This document shows positions 54,126 through 64,000 of a DNA stretch of 64,000 nt, one piece after another. The notes below the pieces were generated by a model. The model searched no databases, was not told the DNA's origin, and worked only from the letters and a program-made list of their open reading frames with translations. The DNA lies in contig OX597826.1 of assembly GCA_951406725.2 (NCBI GenBank), positions 33,232,001 through 33,296,000 on the forward strand. The letters run 5' to 3'. Made by a program: the position numbers and the translations under genes. The number at the start of each line of letters is the position of its first letter. The first letter of the stretch is position 1. The stretch comes from Octopus vulgaris (Eukaryota).

Positions 54126-54266
54126 ATATTCTGAGAATTGTTTAAAATAAATAAATAGACATAATATAATGTCTAACAGTTGATACATACTACCTCTGGA
54201 TCCCCTCTGCCATATATATATATATACATATATATATATTTGCAAATACAAATCCATGAATATAAA

Positions 54267-54308
<42 letters not shown>

Positions 54309-55006
54309 CATACGCACATACATGTATATACATATACACTTTAATATACACACACACACACATATATATAGATGAATATACATACACTTATATACATACA
54401 TGCATAGATGTGTGTATGTGTATATGCATTTGTATGAATGCCTGCTTCTATATTTTTCATTCATTAATGTATGTTCGTTACATAGTCCTACTCCTTAAAA
54501 TAATCCAAGTCATTAATAATTTATGCATATCAATAAATACATATGTCTGTCAGTTCGCATCTATATAGGTCTGCACATACGAGTGCAGTAATGAGTGCCG
54601 ATGAGCACAGTTTATACATACCAATCATTCGCTGTTTCTTTCACTCTGTCTAGTTATGCCTCTATCATTTCCTCTCTTTCTCCCCTTCATATATATATGT
54701 ATATGTCTCTTTCTATCGCTCTCTTGTTCTGTCTATCTATATATGCATGTGTGTATTCACGTAGCCATCTAAGTCTGTATGCACACAGAAACTCCCACAC
54801 ATATATATGTAAGTATATATATGTATTTAAGTACGTACGTGTATGTGTGTGTATATATATATATGTATATATGTATATATGTATGTATGTATATATAATA
54901 TATATACATATATGCATATATTATATGTATATATATGTTATATATACTATATATATCTGCATATGCATATGTATTCAATTATATATATGTATGTATATGT
55001 ATATGC

Positions 55007-55039
<33 letters not shown>

Positions 55040-55869
55040 TATTTATGTATGTATAAACACTCATAATAACTCACACACACACACGTATATATATATATAT
55101 AATCATGTATACGTATATATATATATATATATATATAAGCATGTATACATACATACATACATATATATATATATATATGTGCATTCATGGATAGATAGAT
55201 ATAATAAAGTAACGTAGTAAAATGTAAGCTATACATGAAACAAACAGCCTCATTGGAAGAGGAATTAAGTTAAAAAGAAAGAAGAAAGCCAAGTTATTAG
55301 GAGAGCATTCATCTGTCTTTGAAACAAATAATTAACACTAATTAGGGAACTCAACAACGAATCTCTTCACCCAATTTATTAACATATGAGTGTGTGTTTG
55401 TGTGCGTGTGTGCATGTGTGTATGTGTTAGTCTGTCTGTGTGTGTGTGTGTGTGTGAGCGGCCAGTTGATATATGGGGAAAGCAGTTAGATAACGAACTA
55501 AAGTAACGAGGAAAACTTTTCAATATGATACAAGAACGAACTATGATGAGCAAAAGAAATTAAAAATAGAAAAAAACTTTTCTTTTAGTTTAATGTGTTT
55601 TCATTTCAATGAAATTATCTGCCAATTCAGCTCAGTTGGTGTGATGTTGGTCAGGGAAGAAGAATATGGTGGCGATGCTGCGGGACAGAGAGGAGGAGGA
55701 GGAGAAGGAGGAGGATGCAGAGTGATGTTGATGGATAGTGATGTAGATGGCGCTAGAGCTTTTAAGTTTCTTTTTTGTTTTTGATACTTTCGATTTGTAT
55801 TTTATTTTCGTTTATGTTTTTGGTAATGTTTAAAATTTTTTTTTTGTTTAAGACTTCTTTGTACTGAAG

Positions 55870-56300
55870 TTGCATCCTCTTTCTCTCCTCCTCCTCTTTC
55901 TCTCCTCCTCCTCTTCCACCCCCTCGTCATCATGGTCATCATCCACATCATTGTTGTTGTCGTCTTCATCCTTATCAGCATTGCTATCCTCCTCCTCCTC
56001 CTCCTCATCATCATCATCATCATCACCATTCTCATCAGTATTTTTATCGTTATCATCATCATCATCATCACCATCGTCATTGTCGTCGTCGTCATCAATT
56101 CCACCATTGTTACAACTGCCTCCGTAACCATAAACATGACCACCACCTTCATCATCACCATCACCATCATCATCATCATCATCACCATCTTCATCATCAT
56201 CATCATTATCATCATTTCCTTCTACATTAGGAACATCACCATGATGATGATAAACACCAGCATCACCATCCTCTTCCTCCTCCTCCTCCTGAACCTCATC
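55870..56300. repeat. (TCC)n/(TCA)n low-complexity tract
   Basis: Visible directly. Confidence 0.9.
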
Positions 56301-56752
56301 ATGTGTTTTATATTTAGCTAATTATCATCGTCATTTTCCATTAATTATCATCAATACTTCTATCCTGGAGGAGATGGAAGAAGACCAATATCTGATAAAA
56401 CGGCCCTCACTGCAAAACCTGAAAATTCAAAGGCCACGTTTTCAGGGCTCAGAACATCTGTGCCCCAAACCTCAAAGACCGGGTAGACCTAAATTAGCTA
56501 CGCAGGTGACATAGACAAAGGTTTAAATAAATTCTGATAATATTTTTACTGTTTCAAGTATGTCTGATTAATTCATATATTTCTCTTTAATCAGAACACC
56601 AGAAAGAACACAGATTATCATCCATGTTGAGTTTGTAACCAGGCAGAATTACGAACACTCAAAAGTTAAAATGTTTGGCCCAGTGTTTGACTGACTTATA
56701 TGCAAGTGAATCTGCAGGGGTAGACTCACTTGCATTTGTGTCTTGGTATACA

Positions 56753-57004
56753 CAGAGTGTTCAAAAAGTCACTCCACAGTAAATATTTAATGGTAAGTAT
56801 TTAATGGTTTTTGGGCAATTCTTGTACACTGATCCTACACTTACTCCCCACAAAAATAACTCTGGCGTGGCGGTGTTAAATCAGGTGATCTTGGTGGCCA
56901 AAGTCCCTTCAAAATAATCCATTCAACAAAAAACTCTAGACAGAGTGCCATGGTGATGTGCAGGATGAAAAAATTCACTGCGGAGAGACTTTTTGAACAC
57001 CCTG
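56753..57004 (-). mobile_element. Internally deleted Tc1/mariner-superfamily element, MITE-sized
   Basis: About 30-bp TIRs CAG(A/G)GTGTTCAAAAAGTC.CTCC.CAGT; residual LWPPRSPDLTPP; TA on the right flank. Confidence 0.85.
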
Positions 57005-58178
57005 TATACATAAACAATTTTACATGCTTAGCTAGCTTTGCATACCAGGTTATCTTTACATTACTGGTCCTTTCTGGGCCATAAAGGAAAATGACATGGT
57101 TTATTGTTGGGCTCTGTATTGTGAAAACTGTAGATGGGAATTTAAATTCATAGCACTTACACATCGCAAATATCATTCCCATTCTCCTACATGAAGAAGC
57201 TTTGTCAACCTTAACTGAAGCTGGGATGTGATTTCATATAGAAACTATATTGCTGTTTCCACCAGATTTAGTATCTAAATCCCTCATTGGTTCAGAATAG
57301 GTGGAGAAAAATATGTGGCATGCACACTGCTGCACTCATACTGCTCTTACACTTCACTCATACTTCCCTTAAACTGCTCTCACATTGCACTCATATTCAC
57401 TCCTACACTCAAACATTTATAAAGAAATTTGAATTGAAGAAGTTAAATAAAAATGAAATGAATTTTAATGACAAACTAGTCTGTCTTTGTAGCATCATCA
57501 TCATCATCATCATCGCCACCACCTTCCACCACCACCACCACCACCGTCACCATCACCATCATTAATAATTCTGTTGTCATTCTTCTTGATACTGCTATTG
57601 TGGTTGTTATAACAATGAAGATTTTGTTTAATTAATTGATTGCTTTTTAATTGACTGATTAGATTTTCAAAATGGATTGCTTTTGGCCAAATATTGGATA
57701 ATTACTACAAGTCAGTTAATCTCATTTGTTCAATCAAACCACAGTTTTGATCAGTGAAGCCGACCAAATTATAGGTTACCAGATCCCACATGTTTGTTAA
57801 CTGCATCCTTTCTTGTAATAATTAGTGGTTTTAGTTTGGTTAAGCTGGTCATTGTATATCTAGGTCACTTAGTCATCTGGTCAGTGGTTTGTTGTGGCAA
57901 CTGAACAAATCGATTGATTATTAACTGATCACTGAATTTTTCAATTATTTCGGTTAATTTAACTCACTGTATCTATTTCTCCATCGTCTGTGTAGTTGTG
58001 CTTGTGTAATGGAGCTAAACATGTGTGAAATGGAAAGATTATTGACTCTGCTATGACGTGGCTAAACATGTGTGAAGTAATGACATTCACTGCTACACTA
58101 TAACAACATTAAACACATGTGGCATAGCAATATTTTCTTCCACAATATAACTGAGCTAAACATGTAAAGGGGCATTAT

Positions 58179-58830
58179 CAGGGCTGGATTAAGACCCATA
58201 GAGGCCCTAAGTGCTTAAAAAATGTTGGTGCCCTCATATGTATGTAATTCAAAATGTAAACAATAATAAACCATAAATAAACTTCTATTTTTCAAAATGA
58301 AACAAAGTAAAATGGAAAATAATATTTATTTTTGTAAACTTTCACTTTATTTATGTTTGAAAAAATTTCTCTTACATTTTTTTCTTTTAATTGCAAAGTC
58401 TTTGCTCAGATGCTCACAGTGACACCATAAATACTTTGGAATTATATTTCCAATCATATAAACCATTTGAAATATTTTAGCAAGTTTAAAGTGATTTCTT
58501 TTGTGCTGAAAATCATTTACCATTTCTTTGTGCTCTTCTGAAGATGGGCCTTTGCATCTGAAATATAAAGGTTTTACAACTTTCATCTCTGTATTGTTAA
58601 AATCTTCCTTCATTTCATTTATTATTCCACTTCTTGTACTACAATGCTTCAAGTAAACTACAACAGCTAAACATGTTTAAAGTATGAAGATACTCTGTAT
58701 AAAAGAAGTTGCTAAAATATTTTGTGCATTGTAAAAGTATAAAGAATTTACTGCATGTAGATTTTGATGACAAAATCTTATATGGATCCCACCACCCAAG
58801 GGCCACATAAACTCTGTTTGAGAACCACTG
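58179..58830. mobile_element. hAT-like remnants (one or two elements)
   Basis: Terminus CAGGGCTGGATTAAG at 58179 and a Charlie-type terminus TTGAGAACCACTG at about 58830, resembling 2335-2623. Confidence 0.45.
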
Positions 58831-58844
58831 AGCTAACCTAAACA

Positions 58845-59418
58845 CAGCTAAACATGTGGATTAAGAACACTTATCAATGAAGCTTTAACAAAGCTAAACA
58901 CATGTGAAATAGAAACACTATTATCCAGTCAATAACACCTAAACATGTATGAATTAAGAACATTTATCAATGAAGTTTTAACAGAGCTAAACACATGTGA
59001 AATAGAAACACTATTAGCCAGTCAATAACAGCTAAACATGTATGAATTAAGAACACTTATCAATGAAGTTTTAACAAAGCTAAACACATGTGAAATAGAA
59101 ACACTATTAGCCAGTCAATAACAGCTAAACATGTATGAATTAAGAACACTTATCAATGAAGCTTTAACAAAGCTAAACACATGTGAAATAGAAACACTAT
59201 TATCCAGTCAATAACAGCTAAACATGTATGAATAAAGAACACTTATCAATGGAGCTTTAACAGAGCTAAACACATGTGAAATAGAAACACAATTAGCCAG
59301 TCAATAACAGCTAAACATGTGTGAATTAAGAACACTTACCAATGGAGCTTTAACAAAGCTAAACACATGTGAAATAGAAACACTATTAGCCAGTCAATAA
59401 CTGCTAAATATGTATGAA
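58845..59418. repeat. 93-bp tandem repeat (dimer of 46-47-bp subunits), about 6 units
   Basis: TAGAAACACTA recurs at 58910, 59003 and 59096. Confidence 0.92.
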
Positions 59419-60014
59419 GTATAAATACTCACAGTTAGACAAAAACAGAGATAAACACTAACAGTGAATATGATGTCTTAGATACTAGTTTTTCTTTTTA
59501 TGTGTTGTTTGTTAGTTTCATTTTTCAGTCTTAATTTAGAAGTTTGAAGGTAGGGGTCATGATAAAATGAGGAACACACCCAAGACTCTGGGGACTTGTG
59601 TAGGATTTGGTTTCTTTTGCTTATGTACAAAAGCAAGGAGGACACCAGCACAACTGATCAGCTTTCTCTTCCATCATTTTAGACAAGGTTAGTGAGGGAG
59701 ACAACAGATGGTTGGGGTGGTGGGTAGAAGGACGGCAAGGAGGGGGGGTAGTTGAGACAGAGAGAGAGAATGGAATTGAGTCATAGAGAGAATGGAACAA
59801 AGTGAACTGAGTGTGAGGTAGATATAGTGATATATTTTGAGGGAGGAAAAGGAGAGAGATGGGTGAAGGAAGAAGGAAAGGAAAATAGCAGAGAGAGAGA
59901 GAGAGAGAGAAAGAGAGAGCTGCATGGTGTTATGATATTAGAATAATATGTGTGTGTACATATGCGTTTGTGTGTGTGTGTGTACATTGTGTGCGTGTAT
60001 ATATATACATATAT

Positions 60015-60055
<41 letters not shown>

Positions 60056-60216
60056 TAGAAACGTTGTTTACACACATATAAATGTACATACTTATACATG
60101 TACATACATATATAAATGGTAGATAAATATATAGATAAAAGCTATATATTTATATATATATATATACACACACACACATTTATATATATAAATGAATGTA
60201 AATATGCATATATAAT

Positions 60217-60261
<45 letters not shown>

Positions 60262-61119
60262 TATGTTAGTGTGTATATGTATGTAGTAGGTTATTCGTAG
60301 AAAAGACAAAAGAGAGACATAAGAGAGATGCGGACAAACAAGAATATAAAATGCAATTAATAGGCATTAAAATTCAGTCATAAAACGAAAAGAAAATACA
60401 TGAAAAGACAATAACATGAAAGTCATCTCCTCCCCCACACCCAGAAAGAAAGAAAAGAATCCATAAAACAAAATGAAACAAATATATATTTCAATTCGTA
60501 GAAGACAATGAAATACATACTCAGAGTATCCACAAAAGTTAATTCTATATAACAATAATAACATGTATGACTAACTGAGCTGGCATAATTTCTTATAAGA
60601 ATGATCATCAGAAATGTATTCTTTGTACAGAGAAAGAGTTATCCTTCCACTTGTATATTATTAATTGGTTGTCAGTAAATATATATATATATATTGATAT
60701 AAATACCAAACATTGACTAAAGAGACAGATAGTCTGCTTAGCTTTCATTCCAAAATGATTTTATTAAATTATTCTTAAGTCACATCTCTTTAAAGATTGC
60801 TGGATGTAGAATTAAAAGGACAATTCAAAGGAGAGGAAGACTGAGATGAATAAATACAATGATTCACTGATTAATACATGCATAAATACATATACATACA
60901 TTTATGTATGTGTCTGTGTATGTGTGTGTATATATGGATTTGTCTATGTATAAATATTTGATGAAATGATGATGCTACACAAACACACATATACATGCAC
61001 ATATATATATATTATATATATATTATATACATATATATAAATATATATATATATACATTATATATATATATATATATACATAATATATATATACATTATA
61101 TATATATATATATACACAC

Positions 61120-61182
<63 letters not shown>

Positions 61183-61463
61183 CATATGTGTGTCTATATA
61201 TGCATATATATATACATATACATCAATATTGCTGACGCCATAAGAATTACATAAACTTTGAAGAGAACGTGAAATAATTCTTTTTTTGAAAATTGGACCT
61301 TGAAGCAGATAACATAAATCTATAAATAATAGTAGGGAAATATGGGATTGGAAGAGCTTTTTGGATATATGCATGCATGCTTACACGCATGTATAAAGGA
61401 ATACAAACCCAGACACACATACATACATAATACTTACATATATATATATGCATATATATATGC

Positions 61464-61498
<35 letters not shown>

Positions 61499-61528
61499 TA
61501 TGCATATATATACATATACATATATATG

Positions 61529-61565
<37 letters not shown>

Positions 61566-61583
61566 CTATATATATATATGTAT

Positions 61584-62242
61584 ATCATCATCATCATCAT
61601 CATCGTTTAGCGTCCGCTTTCCATGCTAGCATGGGTTGGACGGGTCAACTGGGGTCTGTGAAGCTGGAAGGCTTCGTCAGGCCCAGTCAGATCTGGCAGT
61701 GTTTCTACGGCTGGATGCCCTTCCTAACGCCAACCACTCCGCGAGTGTAGTGGGTGTTTTTTACGTGCCACCTGCACAGGTGCCAGACAGAGCTGGCGAA
61801 CGGCCACGAACGGATGGTGCTTTTACGTGTCACCGGCACGGGGCCAGGCGATGCTGGCAACGGACACGAACGGATGGTGCTTTTACGTGCCACCGACACG
61901 GGGCCAGACAGAGCTGGCAACCGGCCACGAACGGACGGTGCTTTTACGTGTCACCGGCACGGGGGCCAGCTGAGGCTGGCAACGGACGCGAACGGATGGT
62001 GCTTTTACGTGCCACCGACATGGTTGTCAGACAGAGCTGGCAAACGGCCACGAGCGGACGGTGCTTTTATGTGTCACCGGCACGGGGGCCAGCCGAGGCT
62101 GGCAACGGACACGAACGGATGGTGCTTTTATGTGCCACGGACACGGGGCCAGACAGAGCTGGCAAACGGCCACGAACGGATGGTGCTTTTACGTGCCACC
62201 GACACGAGGCCAGACAGAGCTGGCAAACGACCACGAACGGAC
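61584..62242 (-). mobile_element. RTE LINE 3' UTR-only copy with an expanded 60-bp tandem array
   Basis: Matches 42600-42960; about 8 units with a period of 60-61 bp. Confidence 0.9.
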
Positions 62243-62793
62243 ATATATCTATATAAGCATATATATATAGATATACATATATATATATGTGTGTATATAT
62301 ACATATATATATAGTGTATATGTATATATATATATATATATATTGGTACAGGCAAATATAGGTGATTAAGAATGTTTCTTGACTGTATCCTTGTTTTATG
62401 GTATCATGTGAGGGCATGTGCCACAGTATAATACATGTACACACACTGATACACACACGTGTGAACACATACAGACTCATGCAAAGACATCTCCTACCAC
62501 CTGCACACATGTATGTATGTAGGTATAAGAGTTTATCTCTATAGATTTGTTTATAAAATTCAGAGCCAGCACACCAAGCTATGCTCATATAAACAATGTG
62601 ATTGAAGGTAAAAAAAAAGATAATAGGTGTATGGGTGTATATACATATTTCAACAGTTCTTGCCCTTTCATCAGCACCATATCTAGCCCATCAACCATGA
62701 ATGCATTGCTTAAATGCCCTCTAAGTAATATAGATACATACACACACACATACACACTCACACACACACATGCCCATGCACATACATATATAT

Positions 62794-62876
<83 letters not shown>

Positions 62877-63015
62877 TAAACATATATATATATATTTATA
62901 AAAGCAATTAAGATTCAAGTAAATTCCAGTGAATTTACTTGAATGTGGTACTTAACTTAGATGCACCAGAAAAACTATATGGTGTTAACCATACAGTAAT
63001 GTGGGGTGATTATAA

Positions 63016-63419
63016 ACGAGAAAGAAGCAACAAGAATGGATTAGTTTTTAGTACAATTGTTTCATACAAAGACAGGCTTTATTACAAGTTGCAAAAATTG
63101 CAGCAGATAAAAGTGTCCTGTACTTATCAGCTAAAATACATATGAGTTCTCCAAACATCTTAGTGGGTGAGGTTATACTCATGAAATATTGGAGATAATT
63201 TCATTAAAGGCAGATATAGGTTGCAAACAGATTTCCAAAGTTCCTTAATGATGATGCACAGTCTTATCACAGAAAGAACTCATATGGAGAACTCATATGT
63301 ATTTTAGCTGATGAGTACAGGACACTTTTATCTGCTGCAATTTTGCAACTTGTAATAAAGCCTGTCTTTGTATGAAACAATTGTACTAAAAACTAATCAA
63401 TTCTTGTTGCTTCTTTCTC

Positions 63420-63421
<2 letters not shown>
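63016..63421. repeat. Inverted repeat with arms of about 138 bp (63016-63153 and 63285-63421)
   Basis: Arms are reverse complements apart from about 2 substitutions and 1 indel. Confidence 0.93.
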
Positions 63422-63460
<39 letters not shown>

Positions 63461-64000
63461 TACACACACACATGCATATACACACACAACGAATTTCCCT
63501 CAGTCTCTGCCCACCTAAACCACTCAAGAGGCTGTGGTCTTTCAACAGGATTGAACCCAGAACAGTGTGGTCGAGATGCAAGAGGATACACTCTGATATT
63601 TGTTCTAGTGCTTGGTGCTGTAAGCTGAAACCCATCTGAGGTTTACTTCTTTCGTTTTGGTGAGTGGCGGGGATGCGAGTTTGGCGATTATAATGAACCT
63701 CAGTCAAGAATGCTGGATTAGCTGCCACGTGGTATTTGCTGTTGGTGTTGGTTGTGCTTTGAGTTCCAATTCCAGCAAGGTCAAATTTAACTTTTATTTT
63801 CTGGAAACAGAGGAATGAAATAAAAGGAACCAATCTAGAACAATTGGTTGGCCAAGTTGTAAGATCGACGCCATTACACCACCATCACCATCATCATCAT
63901 TGTCATCCTCATCATCGTTTTCATCATCATCATAGCCATCATCGTTGTCTTCATTCTCGTCATCCTCCTCATCAGTAGCACTGTCATTATCATCATCACC

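Noticed and set aside
56700-56735. Small 14-bp-stem hairpin
   Set aside because: It is too short and isolated to call a miRNA or other element.
58010-59418. CRISPR-like look of a constant anchor with intervening sequence
   Set aside because: The intervening sequences are themselves repeated, there are no cas genes, and the context is eukaryotic.
61636-62314. 206-aa and 186-aa repetitive ORFs
   Set aside because: They are antisense readings of the tandemly repeated LINE 3' UTR.

Overview
AT-rich, microsatellite-saturated eukaryotic non-coding DNA. The SINE, LINE and microsatellite content matches what I recall of Octopus genomes; that attribution is an inference, not a database result. I find no supportable host gene: almost all listed ORFs are translations of (TA)n, (CA)n, (TAA)n or (CAC)n tracts. 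Real coding signal comes only from decayed mobile elements: two mariners, a DD37D element, a Tc1-like remnant, a piggyBac, hAT remnants, two RTE-clade LINE families (one with a C4HC3 PHD-like finger inside its reverse transcriptase) and R4/Dong-like 3' ends in (TAA)n. Non-coding elements include a composite Helitron, about 30 tRNA-derived SINE copies and several minisatellites. The most notable signal is a set of unrelated short elements in or beside microsatellites that carry minimal hammerhead-ribozyme folds. One has an apparently intact core with a U3-A8 covariation (4167-4210) and one is joined to a tRNA-like Pol III head (34130-34394). There are also long fold-back inverted repeats next to (TA)n tracts. 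Boundaries of decayed repeats were read by eye and are approximate.
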